Shown here: positions 10,280 through 20,409 of the stretch, one piece after another
Layout of the letters: each line of letters starts with the position of its first letter
Position numbering within the stretch: position 1 is the first letter of the stretch
Assembly (NCBI GenBank): GCA_040879725.1
Contig: JBBDJV010000018.1
Location: 16,748-80,747 of the forward strand
Length of the DNA stretch: 64,000 bases
DNA from: Minisyncoccota bacterium
GTDB lineage: Bacteria; Patescibacteriota; Minisyncoccia; Phycocordibacterales; GCA-2401445
Reading direction: 5' to 3'
The notes under the pieces: generated by a model
Database searches by the model: none
What the model saw: the letters and a program-made list of their open reading frames with translations, nothing else
What the model was told of the DNA's origin: nothing
Made by a program: the position numbers and the translations under genes

Positions 10280-10510
10280 ATGGAAACTCTTGCAGGCATA
10301 TTGCCGTACGCGCAGATTGTGCTGTCTATACTCATGGTCTGTACGATATTGCTACAAAACACTGGTTCAGGATTAGGAGGAGCTTTCGGCGGTGGTGACG
10401 GTGGAGGATACCACAACACCAGACGAGGTTTTGAAAAATTCCTTTTCAATGTAACTATTGTTCTAGCAGTGCTTTTTGCACTTTCTTCATTTGCAGCATT
10501 GAGTATATAG
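10280..10510 (+). CDS. secG: Preprotein translocase subunit SecG
   Basis: ILLQ..GSGLGGAFGG...TRRGFEK.L..T; two TM helices. Confidence 0.92.
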   Translation: METLAGILPYAQIVLSILMVCTILLQNTGSGLGGAFGGGDGGGYHNTRRGFEKFLFNVTIVLAVLFALSSFAALSI

Positions 10511-10574
10511 TCCATCACATCATATAGAGTAATCAATTCACACAAATTGATAACCATTTCTAGTAAATAGTTTT

Positions 10575-12311
10575 GTGGAACACACTTCATCAGAAATAGC
10601 ACCGCGTAAAAACCGGAGTATCCTATATTCTTTATATCATCGGCTCGGAATCTTTGAGCGGTTACTTTTTATTATTGCCGGACTACTTCTTACGGTAAGC
10701 TCACTTGCTCTCATGTATAGAGCCCACGGCTCTCTCCTAACAGAAACACCAACCCGTGGTGGAGAAATCACTGAAGGCATTGTTGGCTCACCGCGTTTTA
10801 TAAATCCACTTCTTGCTATTACTGATGCAGACCGAGACCTTACCGCGCTCGTATATTCAGGACTTATGAAAGAATCAGCAACCGGAACACTCATTCCCGA
10901 ACTGGCTGAATCGTATGAAATATCAGAAGATAAACTCACCTACACATTCACCATTCGTGACACCGCGGTCTTTCATGACGGAGCTCCGGTTACTGCCGAC
11001 GATGTTGTTTATACAATTCAAAAAGCACAGGACCCGAGTCTTCGCAGTCCCAAGAGAGTAAATTGGGAAGGTGTTACCGTATCTAAAATTGACACTAAAA
11101 CTGTTTCGTTTACATTGCGACAACCATACTCTCCTTTTATACAAAACATGACACTTGGTATTCTACCTTCGCACATTTGGAACACCGCAGACATTGAGCT
11201 TTTTCAATTCAGTCAGTATAACAGTGAACCGATTGGTTCAGGACCCTACAAAATTTCACGTATTCACAATGATGAATCTGGAATTCCTTCTCTCTACGAA
11301 CTGAAAGCTTTTGAAAAATATGTTTTGGGAGAACCATATATTACAAAACTTATTTTTAGGTTTTACCCTAACGAAAGCACACTACTCGACGCGTATACGC
11401 GGGGAGAAATAGAACGTATTAGCGGTGTTCAGCCGGCGCAAGCTCGAATACTTTCTGGTGGTGGAGCACGTGTATTACAAACTCCACTCCCTAGAGTGTT
11501 TGGAATATTTTTTAATCCAACACAAGCTCCACTATTTTCCGATGACTCAGTGCGAGAAGCAATCGACCTTGCACTTGATCGCGACAGAATAGTCGCTGAA
11601 GTACTTCAGGGTTACGGCACAGGCATTAACGGACCGCTTCCTCCAGATATTCTTCCAAGCACCACAACCGCCTCAACTACACCAACAAGTGAAAACATTA
11701 TAAGAGCACAAGAGTTGCTCGATGAAAATGATTGGGAGGTAAACGAAAACGGTATACGAGAGAATGATGGAGTACTACTCACCTTTACCATTTCAACATC
11801 AAACATCCCGGAATTACGTACAGCAGCAGAACTGGTGCGAGAGATGCTAGGTGAACTCAACATAGAAGTTGCGGTACAGATTTTTGATCCAAACGAGCTA
11901 ACACAAAACATCATTCGCCCTCGAAGCTATGACGCTCTGCTTTTTGGAGAAATCATTGGGCGTGACCGTGACCTCTACGCTTTCTGGCATTCTTCCCAAC
12001 GGCATGATCCAGGGTATAATATTGCTCTCTACACCAGCATACCGGTGGACCGCGCGCTCGAAGAACTTCGAACAACAGTAGATAAAGAAAGAGAACAGGA
12101 ATTATTTACTACCATTAACACTGTTATCAAAAGAGACCGTCCTGCAGTATTCCTCTACACACCTGACTTTATTTATATCGTTGACCACGACACAAAAGGA
12201 ATGAACATAGATAATATTACCGTACCATCAGAGAGATTTATCAACATTAACGAATGGTACATATACACAGAACGTATTTGGCCGTTTTTAATCAAAGAAC
12301 ATCAATTATAA
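10575..12311 (+). CDS. Peptide ABC transporter substrate-binding protein (family 5)
   Basis: PELAESYEIS.D..YTFTIR....FHDG.PVTADDV; PIGSGPY; N-terminal TM anchor. Confidence 0.92.
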   Translation: MEHTSSEIAPRKNRSILYSLYHRLGIFERLLFIIAGLLLTVSSLALMYRAHGSLLTETPTRGGEITEGIVGSPRFINPLLAITDADRDLTALVYSGLMKESATGTLIPELAESYEISEDKLTYTFTIRDTAVFHDGAPVTADDVVYTIQKAQDPSLRSPKRVNWEGVTVSKIDTKTVSFTLRQPYSPFIQNMTLGILPSHIWNTADIELFQFSQYNSEPIGSGPYKISRIHNDESGIPSLYELKAFEKYVLGEPYITKLIFRFYPNESTLLDAYTRGEIERISGVQPAQARILSGGGARVLQTPLPRVFGIFFNPTQAPLFSDDSVREAIDLALDRDRIVAEVLQGYGTGINGPLPPDILPSTTTASTTPTSENIIRAQELLDENDWEVNENGIRENDGVLLTFTISTSNIPELRTAAELVREMLGELNIEVAVQIFDPNELTQNIIRPRSYDALLFGEIIGRDRDLYAFWHSSQRHDPGYNIALYTSIPVDRALEELRTTVDKEREQELFTTINTVIKRDRPAVFLYTPDFIYIVDHDTKGMNIDNITVPSERFININEWYIYTERIWPFLIKEHQL

Positions 12312-12348
12312 ATTAGTAATTAACAATAGTTAGTACAAACATACATAC

Positions 12349-14304
12349 ATGACAGATTCAACACATCAACAAGAAGCAAAAACAGAGAGACGTCGACCCG
12401 TCCATGTCTCGCTTCCTACAAAATCAAACAAGCCCCCCTCCGGAGGAGGTGGTAGACCACACCGTCCGCCAGGCAACCGACCAAACAACAAACCAAACAG
12501 AAGCAAAGGACGTCCGCAACAGCGTCGTTCTTCTCATGGAAGACCGCACCACAACAGACGTCCACAGCAAAACAACGGTAAGCAAATTCATAGAAATAAT
12601 ACCGAACTTCCTACCCTTCCGGCTCTCGGAGATAATATCCGTATCATGCCACTTGGAGGAGTGGAAGAAGTGGGACGAAACATGACCGCTATTGAAATCG
12701 GAAACGACATCATTATCCTTGATGCAGGTTTTCAATTCAAAGAAGACGACACTCCGGGAATTGATTACATTCTTCCAAACACCGCGTACCTTGAAGCAAA
12801 CAAGGACCGTGTTCGAGGTATTATCGTCACCCACGGACACTTAGACCACATTGGAGGTATTCCTTACATAATGGAAAGAATTGGTAATCCGCCAATTTAT
12901 ACCAGAAAACTTACCTCTATCATGATTCAAAAGCGACAAGCTGAATTCCCTCAGCTTTCCCCTCTTGATATAAATGTTGTTGAGGCAAATTCTCGCGTTA
13001 CACTCGGAGCCATAAAAGTTCGCTTCTTCGCGGTGACACACACTATTCCCGACTCAATGGGAATGATACTCGAAACTCCACACGGACTTATAGTTGCACC
13101 AAGTGACTATAAACTGTCACACATGGATGGCATTCCTGATCCACACGAAGTGGAATCATATAAAATCTTCGAGAAAGAAAAGGTTATTCTCATGCTCTGT
13201 GACTCAACAAATGTTGAAAACCCAGGATTTTCAACTCCTGAAAAAATTGTTCACCAAAACTTGGATGAAATAATTAAAAACACAAAGGGACGTTTAATTC
13301 TCGGTACATTCGCATCTCAACTTGAGCGATTGATTAAAATTATCGAGAGTGCGGAACGCTACAACAAAAAAGTAATACTTGAGGGTCGTAGCATGAAAGT
13401 AAATATAGAAATTGCAGAACTTGCAGGCCTCTATACACCCAAAAAAGGAACCATTATCCCAGCACAAGAAGCTGAAAACTATCCGCCAGACAGAATACTG
13501 GTTCTGGCAACCGGAGCTCAAGGTGAAGAGTTTGCTGCGCTTATGCGTATTGCAACAAAAACGCATAAATACATTCGTCTTAATAACCGAGATACCGTAC
13601 TACTCTCTTCTTCTATCATTCCTGGAAATGAGAAAACAGTTCAAAAACTAAAAGACAATATCGCGCGACAAGAAGCGAAAATCATTCACTACAGAACAAG
13701 TGATGTGTTTATTCACGCATCAGGACACGGAAACCGAGAAGAGGTCGCATGGCTTCATAAGCAAGTTCGTCCGAAATTCTTTATCCCAATTCACGGTAAT
13801 CACTACATGCTCAGACAGCACGCGGAACTTGCTCGACAGCTAGGAATGCCGGATGATCATATTGTAGTACCGGACAATGGAAGTGTTATTGAGATCAGAG
13901 ATAAAGGGGAAAAAATAGTACACCTTAAAGAACGAGTCGCGAACGGACTTGTCATGGTGGACGGCTTCTCCGTAGGAGGACTACAAGATGTTGTTATTCG
14001 AGACAGACAAATGCTTGCAAAAGATGGTATGTTTGTAATCGTTGCAACACTAAACACAAAAACAGGAAAGCTTCGCAAGTCTCCAGACCTTATTTCACGC
14101 GGTTTCGTATACCTCCGTGAATCACAAGACCTCCTACACCAAACTCGAAATATCATCAAGAAAACAATTGAAGATTCAGCAACAGGAATGAACCCAATAA
14201 ATTTTGACTACCTAAAGGAACAAGTAACCGACCACGTAGCAAAACACCTCTTCCAAAAAACAAATAAACACCCTATCGTTATTCCGGTAATACTCGGCCT
14301 CTAA
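12349..14304 (+). CDS. rnj: Ribonuclease J
   Basis: PLGGVEEVGRNM, THGHLDHIGG, HASGH, PIHG; disordered basic N-terminal extension. Confidence 0.96.
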   Translation: MTDSTHQQEAKTERRRPVHVSLPTKSNKPPSGGGGRPHRPPGNRPNNKPNRSKGRPQQRRSSHGRPHHNRRPQQNNGKQIHRNNTELPTLPALGDNIRIMPLGGVEEVGRNMTAIEIGNDIIILDAGFQFKEDDTPGIDYILPNTAYLEANKDRVRGIIVTHGHLDHIGGIPYIMERIGNPPIYTRKLTSIMIQKRQAEFPQLSPLDINVVEANSRVTLGAIKVRFFAVTHTIPDSMGMILETPHGLIVAPSDYKLSHMDGIPDPHEVESYKIFEKEKVILMLCDSTNVENPGFSTPEKIVHQNLDEIIKNTKGRLILGTFASQLERLIKIIESAERYNKKVILEGRSMKVNIEIAELAGLYTPKKGTIIPAQEAENYPPDRILVLATGAQGEEFAALMRIATKTHKYIRLNNRDTVLLSSSIIPGNEKTVQKLKDNIARQEAKIIHYRTSDVFIHASGHGNREEVAWLHKQVRPKFFIPIHGNHYMLRQHAELARQLGMPDDHIVVPDNGSVIEIRDKGEKIVHLKERVANGLVMVDGFSVGGLQDVVIRDRQMLAKDGMFVIVATLNTKTGKLRKSPDLISRGFVYLRESQDLLHQTRNIIKKTIEDSATGMNPINFDYLKEQVTDHVAKHLFQKTNKHPIVIPVILGL

Positions 14305-14329
14305 GCAAAAAGTTTGTTACAATTCTTGC

Positions 14330-15508
14330 ATGAGTTCGGCTATTGAAAAAATTCGTTATAATCGAGTGCTGGTAGCACTGTATATATCGGCATTCATCTC
14401 TGCTCTCTACTTTTTCTCTTCAGCATACATAAACTCCACATTCCTTGAAGAGCTCATGACACCGCAAATGGTAAGTCTTCTTTTTGCCCTTGGTTCGATT
14501 GGTAACATAATCGCGTACATATTCGCGCCGGCAATGCTCCGAAGAGTAGGAAATTATGCTCTGACACTTTTTGTTATCACACTAGTATTCGCAATTTTTG
14601 TCGGGCTATCAGTAGCTACCACCGCACTTATCGTATCTCTTCTCTTTATCGCCTACCGTATCCTTTCGCCGATGCTTCTCTTTGCATTTGATATCTTCCT
14701 TGAAACAGTTTCAGAAAGAGAAGACGAAACTGGCGCAATACGTGGTGCATTTTTTACCTTCATAAACATTGCAACCATACTTGCTCCAGTGCTTGCCGGT
14801 ATTGTGCTTTCTCGATACGGATACTCTGGACTGTATCTATACTCTGCGCTTCACCTAATTCCCCTCTTTCTAATTATTGCGTTCAACTTTAGGAAGTTTA
14901 AAGACCCTGAATACCCAAGCATAAAAATCCCTACTCTGACACGCCAGTTTTGGAACAATCTCGACCTACGACTGATATATATCATCAGTTTTATCCTTCA
15001 GTTCTTCTATGCATGGATGATTATTTATGTACCTATCTACCTACATAAGCACATCGGATTTTCTTGGGACCAAATAGGTCTTATGCTTGCAATAGCTCTC
15101 GTTCCCTTCCTTCTTCTTGAGTTACCACTGGGTAGGCTTGCTGATAAAAAATATGGTGAAAAAGAAATGCTTATTATCGGCTTTATCATTATGGGCGTTT
15201 CAACAGCATCACTTACTTTTATCGATACCGCTTCATTCTTAGTATGGACAAGCATTCTTTTTGTTACCCGTATTGGAGCAAGTTTTGTTGAAATAATGAC
15301 TGAAAGTTACTTCTTTAAGCACATGAAAGGCTCTGACGCTGATGAAATTAGTTTCTTCCGTATTAACGCTCCTCTTGCTTATCTTTTCGGTCCTATAGTT
15401 GGAATTATCGCTCTTTCTTTTGTTGATTACCGTTTTCTGTTTCTTATCTTAGGAGTTATAGTTCTTTCAGGAATCCACTACAGTATTATGATTACTGATA
15501 CTAAATAA
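14330..15508 (+). CDS. MFS transporter
   Basis: About 12 TM segments; GRLADKKYGEK motif. Confidence 0.88.
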   Translation: MSSAIEKIRYNRVLVALYISAFISALYFFSSAYINSTFLEELMTPQMVSLLFALGSIGNIIAYIFAPAMLRRVGNYALTLFVITLVFAIFVGLSVATTALIVSLLFIAYRILSPMLLFAFDIFLETVSEREDETGAIRGAFFTFINIATILAPVLAGIVLSRYGYSGLYLYSALHLIPLFLIIAFNFRKFKDPEYPSIKIPTLTRQFWNNLDLRLIYIISFILQFFYAWMIIYVPIYLHKHIGFSWDQIGLMLAIALVPFLLLELPLGRLADKKYGEKEMLIIGFIIMGVSTASLTFIDTASFLVWTSILFVTRIGASFVEIMTESYFFKHMKGSDADEISFFRINAPLAYLFGPIVGIIALSFVDYRFLFLILGVIVLSGIHYSIMITDTK

Positions 15509-16333
15509 TTACAGCGTATAGTATTTACCACTCTTTTTAATCAACAGCTCCTTTTGAAGACCAGAGAGTACTTCGCGCACCGAGTGTTTTTCAACTTCAT
15601 ATTTTTTAAGTTCTTCAATAGTTGCACGGCTGTTATCAAGTAAATGTTTTATTACCTTGCCACGCACCTGTCTACGCGATCCGACAAAAACACTTTGCTT
15701 AGAGTGATGCTTACTTTTCCGAGAAGGGTTCGGTAATACTTCCTTTAAGTGTGACCCATAGTCCATGAGTGCTGAATACCATTTAGCTGGATTGTCAGTA
15801 TCGAGAGTAGCGCTTATTATCGGAAGAAGCTTGGAATCAGGAACTAGATTTTGCTTATTAAAAAAATGATGTAAATAGACAGTACGAATATTTGTTTCTA
15901 TACATATCTCGGGAGAATTATAGGCAAAAATACAAATTGCACTCGCGGTATACGGACCAATCCCAGTGAGAGACTCTAGCTCTTTTTTTGTCTTTGGAAA
16001 TACTCCATCATATCGTAGAACAATTTCTTCCGCGCACTTCTTTATGTATTTTGCTCTACGGTTATAGCCCAAGCCTTGCCATACAGAGAGTACGTCTGAT
16101 AGCGAAGCTTTGGAAAGAGATGTAACTGTTGGAAATTTTTTTATAAACGCATTGAAATACCCAACAACTCGCTTTGCTTGCGTTTGTTGAAGCATTATTT
16201 CAGACACAAGCACTTTGTAAGGTGTTACCCGCACACGCCAAGGAAATGATCGTTTATATTGTGTATAGTATTCATACACCTGAGCTTTAAACGAGTTTTG
16301 TTCTCTTTTACTTGGAAATTTTTTTCTTGCCAT
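15509..16333 (-). CDS. mutY: A/G-specific adenine glycosylase (MutY-like, no Fe-S cysteines)
   Basis: PYKVLVSEIMLQQTQ, WQGLGYNRRA, HhH L.GIGPYTA. Confidence 0.85.
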   Translation of the reverse strand: MARKKFPSKREQNSFKAQVYEYYTQYKRSFPWRVRVTPYKVLVSEIMLQQTQAKRVVGYFNAFIKKFPTVTSLSKASLSDVLSVWQGLGYNRRAKYIKKCAEEIVLRYDGVFPKTKKELESLTGIGPYTASAICIFAYNSPEICIETNIRTVYLHHFFNKQNLVPDSKLLPIISATLDTDNPAKWYSALMDYGSHLKEVLPNPSRKSKHHSKQSVFVGSRRQVRGKVIKHLLDNSRATIEELKKYEVEKHSVREVLSGLQKELLIKKSGKYYTL

Positions 16334-16955
16334 ATACCTCTTCTAGTATTCCTCCTTCCTTTTTTCGCGCGGGGCTATATCTGCGCCCATACTCAATCAT
16401 TAAATACGTTAGTCGGAACCACTGTTCTTTTGGAAATAATTTCATGAGGTCACTCTCAATCTTTTTAGGATCCGTGTGCTGTGTTAAACCTAACCGCTGT
16501 GAGATACGGCGAACATGTGTATCTACAGCAATACCTTCTACAACACTATATGCGTTTCCAAGAACCACATTAGCGGTTTTCCTGGCAACGCCGGGAAGCT
16601 CGAGCATATCATCCATCGTGCGAGGAATAACGCCACCATGCTTCTCTTTTATTATCCTCGATGTTTCCTGGATACGTTTTGCTTTTTGTTTATAGTATCC
16701 GCACATTCGTATATCTTGCTCAAACTCATATCGGGGAGCGTTGATATAGTCATCGAGAGTTCTATATTTTTTGAAAAGTTTTTTCGTAACACGGTTAACC
16801 ATTACATCCGTGCACTGGGCGGAGAGCATCACTGAAACGAGAAGTTCGAAGTTATTTCCATACTCTAAAATCATCCCTGAGTCAGGAACTATTTTTTCAA
16901 GTGAGCGATATATTTCTTGTGCACGCTTTTGTTTTTCAGCGAGAGATTGCGTCAT
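16308..16955 (-). CDS. nth: Endonuclease III (no Fe-S cysteines)
   Basis: FELLVSVMLSAQCTD, LPGVARKTANVV, AVDTHV.R. Confidence 0.92.
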   Translation of the reverse strand: MTQSLAEKQKRAQEIYRSLEKIVPDSGMILEYGNNFELLVSVMLSAQCTDVMVNRVTKKLFKKYRTLDDYINAPRYEFEQDIRMCGYYKQKAKRIQETSRIIKEKHGGVIPRTMDDMLELPGVARKTANVVLGNAYSVVEGIAVDTHVRRISQRLGLTQHTDPKKIESDLMKLFPKEQWFRLTYLMIEYGRRYSPARKKEGGILEEVYGKKKISK

Positions 16956-17613
16956 TTATAAATTCTTTCATCCTTTGAGCAAGGTCGGGTTTTTCAATAC
17001 CAAACATGTCAGTTCCGTGTCCCGCATGTTCATACACAACTAGCTCCACCGTAGTGCTCTCACTTGCCTCTTCAGCAAGCACCTCAGCCATAGTTGCGCA
17101 GTTTCCATATGAACGCTCGTCATCACGAGAAGCCACAAGGAGTAAGCGCTGTTGCCCTAACTGTGGCATACAGGGTCTGGTTTCAACTCCCTTATAGTTA
17201 AAGCCTGGAGAAAGCGCTATACCGGCAGGTGTGTCAGTATGCTCTGCCATACTTTGTATTGTAAGGTTAGCGCCAATAGACGCACCACAGAGCGCAACTG
17301 AGCTACGTGCGATTCCTCGTGTTTCGAGAAAGGTAACTCCTGCTTCCACATCAAGAATACTTTTTTGATGTTCTTCGTTTTCAAATGTTTTATAGCCGTC
17401 CGGTCCACCATCAGAGTTTCCATGTCCACGCAAATCAAGCGCAACAATATCCCACCCTTCTTCCTGCATAAGACCGGCAAACTCTTTCCAAGATTCTTTT
17501 GTTTCCGGCATCATATGAAGCAGAACAAGCCCCCGAGTACCAAATCCTGGATAGTAGTCACCATTTAAACTAATACCATCAGTAGTGGTAAGTTGTATCT
17601 TTCCTTTTTCCAT
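16936..17613 (-). CDS. Alpha/beta hydrolase
   Basis: DLRGHG.S, GASIG nucleophile elbow, AGHG. Confidence 0.88.
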   Translation of the reverse strand: MEKGKIQLTTTDGISLNGDYYPGFGTRGLVLLHMMPETKESWKEFAGLMQEEGWDIVALDLRGHGNSDGGPDGYKTFENEEHQKSILDVEAGVTFLETRGIARSSVALCGASIGANLTIQSMAEHTDTPAGIALSPGFNYKGVETRPCMPQLGQQRLLLVASRDDERSYGNCATMAEVLAEEASESTTVELVVYEHAGHGTDMFGIEKPDLAQRMKEFINDAISR

Positions 17614-17855
17614 TACAGTAACCCTTTTCCCTTAAGATACTCATCAAGTTCATCGGCAGAATAATCTGCCAAAACCTCTCCATCAATAACAAGCGTTGGT
17701 GCTTTTTCTTGCTTAGATATTTCAACCATTTCCTTCATATATTCAGGATTATCAGTTACATTTTTTTCGGTATATTCCATACCATTTTTTTGGAGAAAAT
17801 CGAGTGCTCCTTTACACCACGGGCAACCTGTTTTTACATAAATTGTTATAGACAT
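17613..17855 (-). CDS. Glutaredoxin/NrdH-like protein (start revised to MSITIY)
   Basis: CPWC active site, APTLVIDG. Confidence 0.9.
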   Translation of the reverse strand: MSITIYVKTGCPWCKGALDFLQKNGMEYTEKNVTDNPEYMKEMVEISKQEKAPTLVIDGEVLADYSADELDEYLKGKGLL

Positions 17856-17951
17856 ATATAATGTATGCGTTATTGCTAATACTTTCATTATAACAAATAT
17901 ACACAGGGCTGGCAGTTTGACAGAATATATACTTGGCGCTAATATAAATAT

Positions 17952-18070
17952 AGAGCCTACGGACGTAGGTACTATACCATCCATGCATTAAGCCTTTAGA
18001 GGCTTCGGCGTTCAATCGCCAAACAAACAAGAGCATCCACCGAAACATTGCGCTTTCGGTGGGCTTTTTT
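17952..18070 (+). ncRNA. Candidate small RNA
   Basis: TTGACA-17-TAATAT at 17917-17945, three hairpins, terminator CCACCGAAA..TTTCGGTGG followed by a T run; no usable ORF. Confidence 0.45.
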
Positions 18071-18248
18071 ATTTATATCCAACAAAAAAGCGCTCTAGGC
18101 GCTTTTTTGATTTATTCAGAAGCTGAGTCAGTTGATTGCTCACTTCCTTTTCCGTGAGTACTGTCAGAGCAATCGCATGCTTGTAATTCATGATTGTGCT
18201 CGTTGCATCCTTCAGCTCCACAAGTTCCAGGAGTTTCTGAAACTCCAT
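18069..18248 (-). CDS. Small hypothetical protein
   Basis: 59-66 aa helical ORF between pyrH and the terminator; no recognised motif. Confidence 0.4.
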   Translation of the reverse strand: MEFQKLLELVELKDATSTIMNYKHAIALTVLTEKEVSNQLTQLLNKSKKRLERFFVGYK

Positions 18249-18314
18249 TACACTCTCCTTTACAGACAAAATGTGTCATAACAAAATATGTTAATGAATA
18301 ACGTATTTAGTATA

Positions 18315-19016
18315 TCACTCTTCATTTCTATTAGCTATGCGTGTGCCGATATACTTTTTCCCTTCTAGAAAATTCTTTGTGTTTAAACCTTCTCTTCCAT
18401 CCATAATATACACAGGAATATTATTTTCTTTCGCCAGGCGAGACGCGACAGGATCAAACGGAGTGCTTAAACCAGGCTTCCACTCTGAAGGTATAAGTGA
18501 GAGGTATTCCTCCCAAAAAATAGATTCAAGTGGTTTTGCGTCACTATCAACTCGTGGGTCAGCGGTATATACCTGTGATGTGTTTGATAGATTTAAAACA
18601 TACTGTGCCCCCGAAAGAACCGCATACCGTACGGCGCAGTAGTCAGTACTATTCCCTGGTTTCTCTCCACTTGCAATAATGAGCGGTGTATCACCCCACT
18701 CTGAAATATCTTCGGTATTTGAAATAACCCTGAGATGAGCATTACCTCCAAAAGCAATACGAACCAACTCAGCATTGAGACGAGTTGCTGAAACACCAAT
18801 GGTATCCAAAGCAACACTGTCTGTAACAGAAAGCTCAGTAAGTGCTTTTTGATACACACGAGCCACACCGCCACCTCCGACAACAATAACAAAACGCTCT
18901 CCTTCCTCAATTCTAGCTTGTATAAGTTCTACAAATGCACGCATTGCTTCTGTGTTGGGTTTATCAGGAACAATAACCGAGCCACCGAGCGATATTACTG
19001 TTATTTTTTTACTCAT
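18315..19016 (-). CDS. pyrH: UMP kinase (archaeal/CPR type)
   Basis: VISLGGS, VVGGGGVAR.YQ, PG.STD..A, VYTADPR, PFDPVA. Confidence 0.92.
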   Translation of the reverse strand: MSKKITVISLGGSVIVPDKPNTEAMRAFVELIQARIEEGERFVIVVGGGGVARVYQKALTELSVTDSVALDTIGVSATRLNAELVRIAFGGNAHLRVISNTEDISEWGDTPLIIASGEKPGNSTDYCAVRYAVLSGAQYVLNLSNTSQVYTADPRVDSDAKPLESIFWEEYLSLIPSEWKPGLSTPFDPVASRLAKENNIPVYIMDGREGLNTKNFLEGKKYIGTRIANRNEE

Positions 19017-19033
19017 TGAAAATGAGTATACCA

Positions 19034-19669
19034 TTATTGACCCTCTTCTTGAAGCTCGCGTGTGTCTTCTGGCTCTGTTTCAATGCTCACTTCCACTTCT
19101 TCTGTAGTGGTTGCGAGTTCATCTTGGGGTACAATTTCAGCATTAGCTTGAGAGAATACTACCGGTATAGATACTTCCATAAAAAGTCCTGTTGGTGAGT
19201 ATAGCTGTAATAAACCACTTACCGTACTTGAACTGCGGTATTCAACCTCACTACGAAACGCTATCTTAGTACTCGTACTCCAGTCTCCATGAGCTTGAGC
19301 AATACCTTCACCTAAAACCTCCCCGTCGTTACTTATCACACGAACCGCAAACACTCCGTCAGAAAAAGAATCTCCATTGAGCAAGCCTAAAACAGTGATG
19401 GGTGAACTTACGATAGCATTTGCTTGTGGTTCTGTTACTTGAATTGCGTCATTAGCTCGAAGGAACGTACCGGGTAATTCGCTAAACTCTCTCCCTTTGC
19501 TCGTAACGCAAACTCGAGGAGTAGTTTTCCGTATTTCGTACCCATGTACTACACAGTCCTCAAAACTCGAAATCCTACTTTCAACATAATCAGGCGGAAT
19601 ATCAAACACAAAAGCTATCACTAAGAATCCAGCAATAACAGATAATCCTAACAGTGCTTTTTTTACCAT
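19034..19669 (-). CDS. Membrane-anchored protein with Gmad2-like Ig domain
   Basis: N-terminal TM; ISSFEDC...GY.I....P.VC motif; I.V..P..N..VSSPI.V.G. Confidence 0.65.
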   Translation of the reverse strand: MVKKALLGLSVIAGFLVIAFVFDIPPDYVESRISSFEDCVVHGYEIRKTTPRVCVTSKGREFSELPGTFLRANDAIQVTEPQANAIVSSPITVLGLLNGDSFSDGVFAVRVISNDGEVLGEGIAQAHGDWSTSTKIAFRSEVEYRSSSTVSGLLQLYSPTGLFMEVSIPVVFSQANAEIVPQDELATTTEEVEVSIETEPEDTRELQEEGQ

Positions 19670-19730
19670 AGTGGTATCATACCTCTTGTATAAAAAAATA
19701 ACCACCAGTGGTGGTTATTTTTTAGCATAG

Positions 19731-20108
19731 TTATTTTTTAGCAGATGTTTTCTTTGGAGTTTTCTTCTGTTTTGTTGCTTGTTTCAAACCCTTTTCGATT
19801 CTGCTCCATGCTGATTTCAAATCACTTGCCAGCCCTTGTATTTCACTTTTATCAATATCGGGCATTTTTTCATACTTTGCAATCACTGACGAAACGATTG
19901 CATCATACTTATCCTTGCTTATATCCTTCATTTTCTCAACACGATCTAGTACATCGCCCTTGGCTTTCAAAGCCCACCCACGAACAGCCTTTCTTTTTTG
20001 CTTGCCCTGTTCGGTTCCATAGAGAAAATATGCGCCGAGTGCTCCTGCGGTTACCGCAAGAAGTGAAAAACCTAACGTGTGGTTATTTTGTTTCTTTTTA
20101 TTTGGCAT
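19731..20108 (-). CDS. Hypothetical protein (YtxH-like architecture)
   Basis: AGALGAYFLYG..GK.KRK hydrophobic-then-basic pattern; Lys-rich tail. Confidence 0.7.
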   Translation of the reverse strand: MPNKKKQNNHTLGFSLLAVTAGALGAYFLYGTEQGKQKRKAVRGWALKAKGDVLDRVEKMKDISKDKYDAIVSSVIAKYEKMPDIDKSEIQGLASDLKSAWSRIEKGLKQATKQKKTPKKTSAKK

Positions 20109-20112
20109 AAAA

Positions 20113-20406
20113 TTAATCTTTTTTCTTTTTCCTTTTAGTTTTGTTAGTAAATCCCCTGCGCACTACCGCTACGACTAAGGACAGCAGGTGTCGCATTTTT
20201 ATTCCTTCTGACTTCATTTTAGCATGTGCGAGCTTAATATCATAGAGCAACGCATCACCTTCTTCTTTTACCGCGCCTGCAATATGGTCAATTCTTCGAA
20301 TTATTCTAATTACATAAAACAGAATAATAAGCAGACAGATGCCCACCACTGCCACGAGTATTGAAGTTATGAAGAAGAAAATGTCTGCCTGCATCAAGTC
20401 AGTCAT
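20113..20406 (-). CDS. Hypothetical membrane protein
   Basis: ADIFFFITS N-terminal TM followed by a helical region; in operon. Confidence 0.7.
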   Translation of the reverse strand: MTDLMQADIFFFITSILVAVVGICLLIILFYVIRIIRRIDHIAGAVKEEGDALLYDIKLAHAKMKSEGIKMRHLLSLVVAVVRRGFTNKTKRKKKKD

Positions 20407-20409
20407 ATA

